64,000 bases of DNA from a virus. The notes under the pieces are model-generated. The model ran no database searches. It was not told the origin of the DNA and was given only the letters and a program-made list of their open reading frames with translations. The position numbers and the translations under genes are program-made. Location of the stretch: positions 33,265 through 97,264 of IMG/VR virus record IMGVR_UViG_3300028392_000045; one strand, written 5' to 3'. This document shows, piece by piece, positions 20,140 through 29,318 of the stretch (its first letter is position 1; each line of letters starts with the position of its first letter).

Positions 20140-20175
20140 TGACATATTGTCATTAATATATCTGACATTATGTCA
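20140..20175. promoter_or_regulatory. Tandem palindromic operators TGACAnnnTGTCA
   Basis: TGACATATTGTCA 20140-20152 and TGACATTATGTCA 20163-20175 upstream of the plus-strand operon. Confidence 0.5.
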
Positions 20176-20330
20176 TCAATTTATAAAACATGAAAACTGA
20201 AAAGAAAGTATATGTACGTAATCCACAAATGAATTATTTCGTATACCCAAAAACATTTCTAAAAGAACCAGAAAAGTTTCACGCATTGAAAGCTGACGAT
20301 ACTTATATTTCTGATGCAAATTAATTTACT

Positions 20331-20540
20331 ATGATACCTAGATTTCAAAAAGAATGGGAAACTTGGTTTGATTCTTTAAGTGAAACAGAGAAAAGAGCTA
20401 TGTTTGATAAGCATATTGCTCCTACTTTTGTAATTGAACCATCTAAAGAATCATTAGATAACATTTTTAATACTCAAATCTACAGATTAGTGCAAACTAT
20501 GTGGATATATGAACAAGAAGACAATGATACCAAAATTTAA
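20331..20540 (+). CDS. Hypothetical protein, paralog of next gene
   Basis: Shares MIP[RK]F...W..L[ST] with 20509 ORF. Confidence 0.55.
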   Translation: MIPRFQKEWETWFDSLSETEKRAMFDKHIAPTFVIEPSKESLDNIFNTQIYRLVQTMWIYEQEDNDTKI

Positions 20541-20772
20541 AACTAAGTACGAAATTGCCAATGAATGGTGGATGGCTCTAACAGATGAACAATGCGTAGA
20601 GGAATTTGAAAAAACACCTTTTGCAACTGATCCTCCAATGACTACTCCACCAAAAGAAAAAATCAAAAATATGGTAATGAAATTTCATCGACAGATGATT
20701 TATGCAAGACATATGGCTGATCTACAAGGAATAACATTCGAGGAAGCTATGAAAACTGCTTTTGGATCATAA
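20509..20772 (+). CDS. Hypothetical protein
   Basis: Likely start MIPKFK at 20524. Confidence 0.55.
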   Translation: MNKKTMIPKFKTKYEIANEWWMALTDEQCVEEFEKTPFATDPPMTTPPKEKIKNMVMKFHRQMIYARHMADLQGITFEEAMKTAFGS

Positions 20773-20845
20773 AATCTAAAGCAATTATATTAGCTAAAAA
20801 AGAAGTATTCTTCTGGTGATATTTTCAACTTTAAAACTCAAGAAG

Positions 20846-20977
20846 ATGGCGGAATGGACTGATTTTGATTTATTATTGCAAACCGAGGAACCAGAAATTA
20901 ACTTAACTGAATCTGAAGAAGAACAGTTGAATGAATATGAATGGCAACTCGATAACTTTTTGGATTATGAGTACTAG
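20846..20977 (+). CDS. 43 aa highly acidic protein
   Basis: Hand translation MAEWTDFDLLLQTEEPEINLTESEEEQLNEYEWQLDNFLDYEY. Confidence 0.55.
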   Translation: MAEWTDFDLLLQTEEPEINLTESEEEQLNEYEWQLDNFLDYEY

Positions 20978-21311
20978 AACATGCCAAATTGTGTATATTC
21001 ATGGAACTAAGTCTATTACAGGTGAAGAAGTAATTAATGAGAAAATCATTATTGCAAAACTTTCAGCCGTACAGACATTAGGTAAAAAATACACAGAAAA
21101 ATCTCCTTTCAATCCTAACATGCAAGACCATTACATTCTACCAATGAATTGTACTGTGGAAGTAAAAGATGTAGCAAATCAAAAAGTAATCTGTAAAGAT
21201 ACTTTGAAAGGTGCTCAAGCATATGGGTATTGTTATCCAGATGATAAAAAGCTTTTACTTCAAAACATTAAGGAATGTTTAAAGGGGCAACAAAATTTGT
21301 TTTCTTATTAA
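20967..21311 (+). CDS. Hypothetical protein
   Basis: ORF track 20931; likely start MSTRTCQ at 20967. Confidence 0.55.
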   Translation: MSTRTCQIVYIHGTKSITGEEVINEKIIIAKLSAVQTLGKKYTEKSPFNPNMQDHYILPMNCTVEVKDVANQKVICKDTLKGAQAYGYCYPDDKKLLLQNIKECLKGQQNLFSY

Positions 21312-21377
21312 GGCAGTCGTAGGCCGAATTACGACAGTAAATACAATCCCAGTTAGTAATTTTATTAATTAGTGTTG

Positions 21378-21409
21378 TGCCAGTCTGCTTGAGGGTAGGC
21401 TGGCTTTTT
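21378..21409 (+). terminator. Intrinsic terminator
   Basis: GCCAGTCTGC...GTAGGCTGGC plus T-run. Confidence 0.7.
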
Positions 21410-21413
21410 AATT

Positions 21414-21599
21414 ATGCAAGTAATTAGAATGCTTGCTTTTTTATTTTTATTATATAAATCAGAAATTATGAGAATATATCACAATTCAAATTATTTTAGT
21501 TTTGCAAACCATAAAAATATTGGATTTGGATTAGGAGCTTCTAATTTTTATGTAAGGCATACATTTGATAAAAAATCAATTAATATCATACTACTCTGA
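21414..21599 (+). CDS. Solo member of the microprotein family (start may be 21468)
   Basis: MRIYHNSNYF...KKSINIILL*. Confidence 0.5.
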   Translation: MQVIRMLAFLFLLYKSEIMRIYHNSNYFSFANHKNIGFGLGASNFYVRHTFDKKSINIILL

Positions 21600-21742
21600 C
21601 AAACGCGAAGCATTTGTCTGACAGTAATTTTATCAAAAATTACAGGAGTTTGGTGATTACACAAGGAAAGCCGAATTCTGAACCTATTTGTACTATCAGA
21701 TCTTTAGATCAGATTGCCAGTCAGGATTTCCAATCCTTACAG
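21596..21742. repeat. Two 50-bp double-hairpin elements
   Basis: CT-hairpin-TG-N-CA-hairpin-AG units at 21596-21645 and 21693-21742. Confidence 0.7.
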
Positions 21743-21768
21743 ACAGATTTACCTGAATATTTTCATGT

Positions 21769-21999
21769 ATGAAAACAGAATACACAATACTTGTAACAGG
21801 ATCAGATCTTACAAAATTTAAAAAAGAATATGCTATATACACTAAAGCAAGCACTCAACAGTTTGCTTTGTATGATGTAGCTAATAAAGATTCTTTTATT
21901 GCTTTTTGTAAAATATTTTCAAAAGCTAATAAAGTAGAGCTTACTTTGATGATAGTAGATAGTAAAAACACTAATTCAGAATTAAAAATAAAACCATGA
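21769..21999 (+). CDS. Hypothetical protein
   Basis: ORF track. Confidence 0.55.
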   Translation: MKTEYTILVTGSDLTKFKKEYAIYTKASTQQFALYDVANKDSFIAFCKIFSKANKVELTLMIVDSKNTNSELKIKP

Positions 22000-22226
22000 G
22001 TCCAGCACTTGCAGTACTTGCAATGATTATCATATGGGTTATGTATAATAGCCTTAACGTAACCTACAACGACAAACATAAGAATGAACTCAATTACCTT
22101 GCTTTTGATGCAGGGTTTGATCCAGAGCAGACTAAACATGAATTTCATGGTTTTAGCGCAGGGTGGATAATCATTCTATTTTGTCTATTTATAGCATTAG
22201 GCTATTGGTTTAAAACAACACTATGA
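21996..22226 (+). CDS. Two-TM membrane protein
   Basis: Two hydrophobic segments; ATGA coupling. Confidence 0.6.
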   Translation: MSPALAVLAMIIIWVMYNSLNVTYNDKHKNELNYLAFDAGFDPEQTKHEFHGFSAGWIIILFCLFIALGYWFKTTL

Positions 22227-22348
22227 AAATCGTACATATTGTGTATACTAGCTCTTTTTCTATTTCTAAAAACTTTATTGATTTCATGGAATTAAAGCAT
22301 TTAGAGGAACCAACTACTAGATGCACTCAAAAAATTATATTTACATGA
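22223..22348 (+). CDS. Solo member of the microprotein family
   Basis: MKIVHIVYTSSFSISKNFIDFMELKHLEEPTTRCTQKIIFT*, ATGA-coupled at both ends. Confidence 0.55.
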   Translation: MKIVHIVYTSSFSISKNFIDFMELKHLEEPTTRCTQKIIFT

Positions 22349-22499
22349 CAAATACAGAATTTAAGAAGTTGTTACATATTCAAGAAGACTCACTAGAAAG
22401 CAGAGTACTTGAGTATATGACATTTTTCTTTTTAGCACAGATCAAAATTAATCACTTAGCCGAGCTGATGGCACAGGCAAAATTCATAAATCTATTATA

Positions 22500-23219
22500 A
22501 TGGCACAAGGTATTTATTTGGACAATTTTCATTTTGACTTTGAAACGTCATGTAAAATCGTAAAAGCTGTCTACAAGGAAGACTTCAAAGATTTCAAAAC
22601 CGATTATCCAATGTTCTATTCGAACAATAAGGAACATTTTGATGCAAATTGGAGTTCTATTAATCCATTTACTATGGGAGATTTTGAAAACATCAAAGAC
22701 GTAAACAAGCGTCGAGTCGTTTTTAATTCTTTACCTTTGTCCTTGTTGTTTTCAGATGCAGAAGTAATGCAGGCTAAGTCTGTTATTACAAAGCAGCGTG
22801 CAGAGCCAGCTAGAATGGTTCAAGATGTAGATGGAAATACTATTGCCCTTGAGGCAGGTACTATGCTAAACAACTATTATCTAGTACGTAAACCAATCAA
22901 GTCTATTTTCCCAGATGCTAATGTAGCATTTGATTTTATTTACGCTGTACGTTGTTTTTGTACATCTCAGATTGAAGATGGTAAGCCAAAAGTTTATCAC
23001 CTGATGGTGAATTCCGAAGCTGATTACTGCAAGCCTGGGCGATTTAATGTTTTGGAAGCAATTGCTACTAGAGCAAGAACCTATGTGAATAAATTCGATT
23101 CAATCTATCGTCATGGTGAAGTAATGATTTTTAAATTGCTACCTGACTCTCAGCTTTTGGATGAGAAACGACCTCTTACAGTTGAAGAGTATTTCAACTT
23201 CATGCAAGAACAGAGATGA
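22500..23219 (+). CDS. DUF6745-like protein
   Basis: 'IKDVNKRRV...YAVRCFCTS...YHLMV...LEAIA' pattern; adjacent partner gene. Confidence 0.5.
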   Translation: MAQGIYLDNFHFDFETSCKIVKAVYKEDFKDFKTDYPMFYSNNKEHFDANWSSINPFTMGDFENIKDVNKRRVVFNSLPLSLLFSDAEVMQAKSVITKQRAEPARMVQDVDGNTIALEAGTMLNNYYLVRKPIKSIFPDANVAFDFIYAVRCFCTSQIEDGKPKVYHLMVNSEADYCKPGRFNVLEAIATRARTYVNKFDSIYRHGEVMIFKLLPDSQLLDEKRPLTVEEYFNFMQEQR

Positions 23220-23253
23220 TCATTTTTTTATAATTTAGCTAAATATTGTTATT

Positions 23254-23529
23254 ATGACTACTGAAGCAATCGGGTATCTAACCCAAAATGAAGTTGGACA
23301 ATTGGTTCTAACTCCTGGTTCACCAACTAAACACATGTTGGATCAACCAGTAATGGAAGGCATTGTTAGAAAAGACATCGTTGGTGATGTTATCTTCTTT
23401 CGTGTTCTTCAAGACGGAACCAATGTAATTCACCCACAACATGGTGATTTGCGTTTGGATGCTGGTAGCTACTGCGCTACTATTCAAGTTGAGCAACTTC
23501 TAAATAAAGAAGTTCTAGCATTCGACTAA
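23254..23529 (+). CDS. Small His-containing beta protein, usual DUF6745 partner
   Basis: 'IHPQHGDLRLDAGSY...QVE' resembles the HxEH..I.L..G.Y...Q.E family. Confidence 0.5.
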   Translation: MTTEAIGYLTQNEVGQLVLTPGSPTKHMLDQPVMEGIVRKDIVGDVIFFRVLQDGTNVIHPQHGDLRLDAGSYCATIQVEQLLNKEVLAFD

Positions 23530-23560
23530 TTTTTTTGCATTTTTTGTTAATTTCCTATTC

Positions 23561-23596
23561 AGGGGGTTGGTTACATTTGTAGTCAGCCCCTTTTTA
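23561..23596 (+). terminator. Intrinsic terminator
   Basis: GGGGTTGGTTAC/GTAGTCAGCCCC plus T-run. Confidence 0.7.
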
Positions 23597-23618
23597 TTAC
23601 AAAAATTCAATCAATCAT

Positions 23619-24491
23619 ATGGTAAATACTAAATGGATGGATAAACGACTAACATTCATTCAAAAACAAGCTCGTGGTGCAAAAGAATTTCAGATTCCTG
23701 TAAAACCAGACCTTGGCTTTTATAAAGGAGGTATCTGGACACCATCTGAATTTTTACCTATTCCTGGCGTTAAGAGTGTCCTGGACACAGATGTTAAGCT
23801 GATGAACCACATGGTTCCGTTTAACTTCATCTGGCCTTTCTTGATTTTAACAGGACGTGATCTTCCAGATGATTCTTCATGGGGATATGGCTCATTTGCA
23901 CCTGGACAGGAAGAATCAGACGAAGAGAAAAAGACTATGCCTGTGTCTAGCTTTTCTATGTTGTCTCACTTGTTTTTTGTGAATTACCTCAATATTGTGA
24001 ATGGTAAGAACCCTCCATACTTGATTAAGAAAATGAAGGATGACAGCTATTGGGGCTGGTTAAACCCTTCTATTAGAGACAATCAAGGAACTTTCATGGT
24101 TCCTACTGTACCCGATTGGAAAGCTGCAACTGCAAACTTTCCTCTGAATATGGATAAAGAGGAGTTTGCAAAGTATGTTTGGTTTTCAGAAAATAGTGGT
24201 GGATGCCCTCATCCGGTAGCAGAATTACTACCTTGGAACATGAACGAGGGACTTGCTGGCCAGGATGGTAAAACAGGAATATTCGATCTAGTTGGTAATC
24301 TATGTGCTACAGTTGTTGAGACTGATATGCCATTTATCACTAACGCTCTTTTGAAAGAACATTTCCCAGAAATTAAGCAAGCTGCTAATAACCTAACTTG
24401 GCAGGATGTTTTTGATGCTCAACTGTTAGGTAAAGCTCGTCCTGTAGGGACTGTAAATTGGCTTGGTTTAGGTGCTGATTTCATATTCTAA
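23619..24491 (+). CDS. Hypothetical protein (Trp/Pro-rich)
   Basis: 290 aa ORF, no motif recognised. Confidence 0.6.
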   Translation: MVNTKWMDKRLTFIQKQARGAKEFQIPVKPDLGFYKGGIWTPSEFLPIPGVKSVLDTDVKLMNHMVPFNFIWPFLILTGRDLPDDSSWGYGSFAPGQEESDEEKKTMPVSSFSMLSHLFFVNYLNIVNGKNPPYLIKKMKDDSYWGWLNPSIRDNQGTFMVPTVPDWKAATANFPLNMDKEEFAKYVWFSENSGGCPHPVAELLPWNMNEGLAGQDGKTGIFDLVGNLCATVVETDMPFITNALLKEHFPEIKQAANNLTWQDVFDAQLLGKARPVGTVNWLGLGADFIF

Positions 24492-24561
24492 CTGACTTAG
24501 TTATATTCAATTAAATATAAACCTCTATATTTGAGGTCATTTATTCACCAAATTTTAACTT

Positions 24562-25038
24562 ATGATTATTTTATGGATCATGTTATCTTCTTTTTTGGTG
24601 GAAGAAAAGCCTCAAACATATGTGGCAGATCTTCCTGAGTTTCTTGTTAGTGCTAAATACCCAACTAATGGTAAAGTGGCATTATTAGCCCGTTTGATTA
24701 ATGCAGAAGCAGGAGGTGAACCTATTCAAGGTCAATATGCCGTAGCTTCTGTAGTACTAAACAGAATGGAATATAAAAAAGCTTCTATAGCTAGTATTGT
24801 ATTTCAGTCAGGGCAATTCGACGGTGTTAGATCAAAAAGGTTTCGGCACTATGACCGTTACCAATACATAATTGCTTACAAAGTTCTTATATGTAAGCAA
24901 AGAACAATTCCTAGTTCTGTACTATATTTCCATAACAAGAAAACTAGTACAGATACAGGATGGGTTGCAGCTCTTAGTAAGTATGAATGGATGACAATTG
25001 GTAGACATACTTTTTGTCATTCAAAATATCTTATTTAG
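24562..25038 (+). CDS. SleB/CwlJ-type cell wall hydrolase (Hydrolase_2)
   Basis: LARLINAEAGGEP..GQYAVASVVLNR, QF, LYFHN, IGRHTF. Confidence 0.9.
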   Translation: MIILWIMLSSFLVEEKPQTYVADLPEFLVSAKYPTNGKVALLARLINAEAGGEPIQGQYAVASVVLNRMEYKKASIASIVFQSGQFDGVRSKRFRHYDRYQYIIAYKVLICKQRTIPSSVLYFHNKKTSTDTGWVAALSKYEWMTIGRHTFCHSKYLI

Positions 25039-25072
25039 ATTTCTGTTTTGATTAATTTAGTGGATTTTTTTG

Positions 25073-25104
25073 AGAAGGAGATGTAAAAAGTCTCCTTTTC
25101 TTTT
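25073..25104 (+). terminator. Intrinsic terminator
   Basis: AAGGAGA/TCTCCTT plus T-run. Confidence 0.6.
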
Positions 25105-25125
25105 ACTAATCAAAAATTATATAAC

Positions 25126-25278
25126 ATGAAGTGCAAATTCTGTAATCAAAAAATGACAAAATCTTGTCAGAATAGACAAGCAGCTAATTCTTGTGGGTTT
25201 AAGGCTAAAAAGGAGGGTAACAACAAAAAGTCTCTAAAAGAAATTAATAGAGATGCAAAAAATAAAACAAGGCCATGA
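25126..25278 (+). CDS. 50 aa Cys4 basic protein
   Basis: MKCKFCNQKMTKSCQNRQAANSCG...; same Cys spacing as 45078 ORF. Confidence 0.55.
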   Translation: MKCKFCNQKMTKSCQNRQAANSCGFKAKKEGNNKKSLKEINRDAKNKTRP

Positions 25279-25698
25279 AAATAATTGACTTTTTTGTTAC
25301 AGATGCATTTTTAGTAGATTATGGAGTACTTTGTCCCGACTTATCTAAATATGCTCATCTAAATATTAAAATAAAATCCATTTTTGATGTGTTTGAAATC
25401 TCATCAGATGGGATTATAGAAATTTCAGATGTAACGAGCAAAACAATTATACTAATATGAAATTATGTTATTTCTTTCAAGCTGCAAGATTTATGAAACC
25501 TTATAATGAGTCTTCTCTTTCTAGGATATACAACATAGTAGATGATGTTGATCCTGTAGATACAAAAAATATAATATGCATTTAAATATGAAGTATCAAT
25601 TTGCTAGATTTAGAAGTTATAAAGATTTTCTAAATTTAGAAATTAGTCTAGTGAAAAACGTTGATAATTTAGACACAAAAAATATAATCTTAATATGA
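25275..25698 (+). CDS. Microprotein array A (3 ORFs: 25275, 25457, 25576)
   Basis: Ends ...SKTIILI*, ...VDPVDTKNIICI*, ...VDNLDTKNIILI*; overlapping start/stop junctions. Confidence 0.7.
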
Positions 25699-25955
25699 TT
25701 CAATTAAACTCAAACACATTTTTTGCTCCATGTGATTTAGTAGACATGGATACCAATAAAAAAATAGGGGAAGATTATGTAGAATTTACACTTCCTACTA
25801 TATTTGAAGACAGTTTATGTCATGAAATTTTTTATCCTGAATTCAGACTAATTAAACGTATATGGAAATTCTCTTCATTGGGAATCAGTTATTCAATGAA
25901 TGCAAGACAAGCACAATTGAAGAAGCTGTCAGCTATTTCTCAAACCAGTCTATAA
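25695..25955 (+). CDS. Hypothetical protein
   Basis: ATGA-coupled to array A; overlaps polA start. Confidence 0.45.
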   Translation: MIQLNSNTFFAPCDLVDMDTNKKIGEDYVEFTLPTIFEDSLCHEIFYPEFRLIKRIWKFSSLGISYSMNARQAQLKKLSAISQTSL

Positions 25956-28009
25956 TAGGTCTGGATATAGAAACCAGTAGAAAATACAAAAAAGGTACAT
26001 TTCCTGAAGAAGTATATAGACCAGGATTAGATCCATATACTTCAGTTGCCTGTCTGATGCAGCTAGGGACTTTAGAAAAGGTTTTTGTAATAGATACTCG
26101 TGTTATTGACATAAGTGCTTTAAAACCGATCCTAGAGTCTCCTAGCATAGTTAAAGTAGGTCATAATCTACAATTCGAATACAAACACATTCTACATAAT
26201 TTTTGTATTAAACTAGATAACATCTGGGATACCATGATATGTGAAAAAGTATTGTATAATGGTTTAGGTTTATCTAATAGTCTTGAAGCATTAGCTAATA
26301 GATATTTAGGTGTAGAATCTATAGAGACTATTAATCTATTTAATGAAGAAAAAGAAGATAAACACTCTGTCGAACCTTTAGATTCGACTGACAGTCTGGA
26401 TCTCCCATCCAGACAGTATATAGATAAATCAACTAGATTAGGTTTTATCAATATAGGAGATAGCCCATTCACCATAAAACAAATTATGTATGGTGCTGAT
26501 GATATTGTATATCCTCTTAAAATTAAGAAAATTCAAGAAAAAGGAAGAGAAGTTGGAGGAGTAATTTGGAATCCAAAAAATGCTTTCAAATTAGAAAATG
26601 CTACTGTATTAGTTTTAGCAGATATGTCACTTAGGGGTATTGGTTTTTCCAGAACTGTATGGTTAGATATTCTTAGTAAACAGTTACCTTTATTTGAGAA
26701 AAGAAAACAAATTCTTAATAAATGGGTAGAAGATAATGTACCTAAATTTTGTAGATCAGGTGATTTATTCTCTTCAATTCCTACTTGTGCTGTAGATTGG
26801 CAATCACCTACCCAAGTTGTAAAGCTTTTTAAGTATTTAGGAATATGTCCTAGAGAGGTATCTAAATCTACTAAAAAGTTAGAATACACAGTAGGTGCTA
26901 AAGAACTTCTAAAGACCATGAGAGCTGAATTACAAGAAAGCTATAGTTATAATAAGGATAAACCTATAGATAGCTTAGAAGAGCTTAAATTGGCTTATTT
27001 GCTATTTAAAAAATCACAAATGTCTTGTACTACTTTTGGTGCAAGCTGGTTAGATTATGTACATCCTATTACAGGAAGAGTACATTCTAACTTTAATCAG
27101 TATATGAACTCCTCTCGATTATCATCAAATAATCCAAATATACAAAATTTACCTCAAGGAGAATACAGAGATGCATTTATTCCTTCACCTTTAACTGACT
27201 TTATATCAGTAGATTATGCAAGTCAAGAGGTAAGAATTTTAGCTGATGTTTCTGCTAATCCAGTAATGGAAGATTTCTTTGTAAATGGTTCAAAAATATT
27301 TGGGGACGATATGCATTCATTTTCTGCTACTCAAATGATGAGAGCAAAGACAGGTGATGATACTATTGTAGTTTCTAAGAAATCACATCCCAAAGAAAGA
27401 AATATATCTAAGTCGTTAACCTTCTCATTAAGCTATGGAGGTTCAGCGCATTCAATCAAATTTAAGTTAGGATTAGAGTTAGAAGAAACTGAAACATTTA
27501 TTCAGTCTTTTTTTGATGGCTTTCCTGGACTTGAAGAAGATTTTACAAATAGAAAGAAATTCGCCATAGATAATGGCTATATAATATTAGACAAAGCAAC
27601 AGATAGACGCTACTTTTTTCCTCAGTATGAAAAAATGAAAAAAGCAGAAGAGTTAGCTAAATCTTACTACACAAGAGATATGTCTGCTGAAGAAAGAGCA
27701 GAAGTTAAATTAATACCAGAAGTAAAAGAAGCTTGGAAAACTTTTTTTACTCTAAAAGGAAAGCTAGAAAGAAGAGCATTAAATTATGGAATTCAAGGTC
27801 TTGCTGCCGGAATGACAAAATTAGCTTTAGTACTACTATATAAAGCAGGAATAGCACTTGTTTCTTGTGTACATGATGAAATATGTGCAGAAGGAAATGA
27901 AAAAGATGCAAAAACTATAGAAAGACTGATGATAGAGGCAGGAAAATACTTTTGTAAACGAGTTCCAATGGGCGCAGAAGCATCTGTAGGAGATAAATGG
28001 ATACATTGA
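25862..28009 (+). CDS. polA: Family A DNA polymerase with 3'-5' exonuclease domain
   Basis: Exo motifs LDIET, GHNLQFE, YGADD; polymerase motif A DYASQEVR, B RNISKSLTFSLSYG, C VHDE. Confidence 0.95.
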   Translation: MEILFIGNQLFNECKTSTIEEAVSYFSNQSIIGLDIETSRKYKKGTFPEEVYRPGLDPYTSVACLMQLGTLEKVFVIDTRVIDISALKPILESPSIVKVGHNLQFEYKHILHNFCIKLDNIWDTMICEKVLYNGLGLSNSLEALANRYLGVESIETINLFNEEKEDKHSVEPLDSTDSLDLPSRQYIDKSTRLGFINIGDSPFTIKQIMYGADDIVYPLKIKKIQEKGREVGGVIWNPKNAFKLENATVLVLADMSLRGIGFSRTVWLDILSKQLPLFEKRKQILNKWVEDNVPKFCRSGDLFSSIPTCAVDWQSPTQVVKLFKYLGICPREVSKSTKKLEYTVGAKELLKTMRAELQESYSYNKDKPIDSLEELKLAYLLFKKSQMSCTTFGASWLDYVHPITGRVHSNFNQYMNSSRLSSNNPNIQNLPQGEYRDAFIPSPLTDFISVDYASQEVRILADVSANPVMEDFFVNGSKIFGDDMHSFSATQMMRAKTGDDTIVVSKKSHPKERNISKSLTFSLSYGGSAHSIKFKLGLELEETETFIQSFFDGFPGLEEDFTNRKKFAIDNGYIILDKATDRRYFFPQYEKMKKAEELAKSYYTRDMSAEERAEVKLIPEVKEAWKTFFTLKGKLERRALNYGIQGLAAGMTKLALVLLYKAGIALVSCVHDEICAEGNEKDAKTIERLMIEAGKYFCKRVPMGAEASVGDKWIH
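26367..26416. repeat. 50-bp double-hairpin element inside polA
   Basis: ctGTCGAACCTTTAGATTCGACtg-a-caGTCTGGATCTCCCATCCAGACag. Confidence 0.7.
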
Positions 28010-28825
28010 AAATTATACTTTACTATCATGGGACGGATAACAAGACTTCAATGCAATTTGCGATGTTGGATGTTAGAGAAAGTGTAGCAAGATTGGAAGC
28101 AAAAGTGAGAAATAAAAAACAAAACTTAATAATAGTATGAAATTGGTAGGACAACTTGGTGATGTCAGTTACAATAGTAGCAAATACATGAATAGACCAG
28201 ATAATTTAAGATATTTGTCTAATTTAGGGATTACTGTAGATTATGTTTTATCTCAATTTATGTTATTTATATGAGCTTAATAGTAAATTATTGTGGAGGA
28301 AGATTTACTACTAAAATGGAATCAGAATTTCAATTACATAGTTGTTGGTGGGATGAAAATCCTATTTTTGTATATGATTATACAGGCCAATTTATAAACT
28401 TAATTTATTAACTTTTAAACTAAAGGTTATGTACTTTTTCCTAATTGAGTATACTATTGGACAAGAATGGAAACATAAAACTGTTAGAGCAGATAATGCT
28501 TTTATGGCTAAAATGAAAGCTCCATTTGGTGCTAGGAATATTAAAGCTTATAAGGTAGCGTCATGAATTTATTAAACCACAATCTTGGGTCTGCTTATCA
28601 TAACTGCTATGATCAAGTAAAATACATATTTTATAAAAGTTCTAATTTGCCACCTTATTATCCTAGCAATAGTACTCAAATCTTAATTTTATCAAAGTAC
28701 AATATTTTTACTTTCGTGATTGCTACTATAATATGATAGAAGGTATGAAATATCCTTGTCCCATTGATTATTACATCCACAAAAACAAATACTATATTTC
28801 AAATCAAATAATCTTAATAACATGA
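28006..28825 (+). CDS. Microprotein array B (28006 TTG, 28137, 28271, 28563, 28691 ATC) plus an unrelated 45 aa ORF at 28429
   Basis: Ends ...KQNLIIV*, ...QFMLFI*, ...QFINLIY*, ...NQIILIT*. Confidence 0.65.
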
Positions 28826-29304
28826 AAAAATTTTTCTTTTTTATTCTAATGTTGCTTACTGTAACTACAAAAGCACAGTTTGGAGATGTATCTGTTATCC
28901 TTAAACAGAATTTCAAGGATTCAACTGTTACTATGGAGTGGCCTTTCAAGATTGATACTCAGAAATATGCGGTAACGTATACTTACATCCAAGATGAGAT
29001 CAAGAATGATACTGTCGCTTCTAAACGTATTTTAAAGTGGAATACTACACTTCCTTATCGTAAATTTAAATTATCTACTTATCGTTCAGTTATTCTTATG
29101 TATGTAGATATTTATCTTAAAGGAGCAAATTCTGAAGATCCAAATACCTACACATATGAAAAAACATTGTACAGTAAAACATATGATGTATATGCTGCTC
29201 GTAATGGGTATTTTGAAAAAGAAGTGGGTAAAGATGGTAGTAAATTGCTCTATTTTTATCCTGAATTTAATAGAGTTCCCTCTAAATTAAGAGGAGAAAA
29301 ATGA
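28822..29304 (+). CDS. Secreted/periplasmic protein
   Basis: Signal peptide MKKFFFFILMLLTVTTKA|QF (Bacteroidota Q-rule). Confidence 0.7.
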   Translation: MKKFFFFILMLLTVTTKAQFGDVSVILKQNFKDSTVTMEWPFKIDTQKYAVTYTYIQDEIKNDTVASKRILKWNTTLPYRKFKLSTYRSVILMYVDIYLKGANSEDPNTYTYEKTLYSKTYDVYAARNGYFEKEVGKDGSKLLYFYPEFNRVPSKLRGEK

Positions 29305-29318
29305 TTTTGGTGTTTATT

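Noticed and set aside
25933-28029. Antisense ORFs within polA, and similar ones opposite MCP, terL and the giant genes
   Set aside because: Shadow frames of strongly coding genes with no motifs
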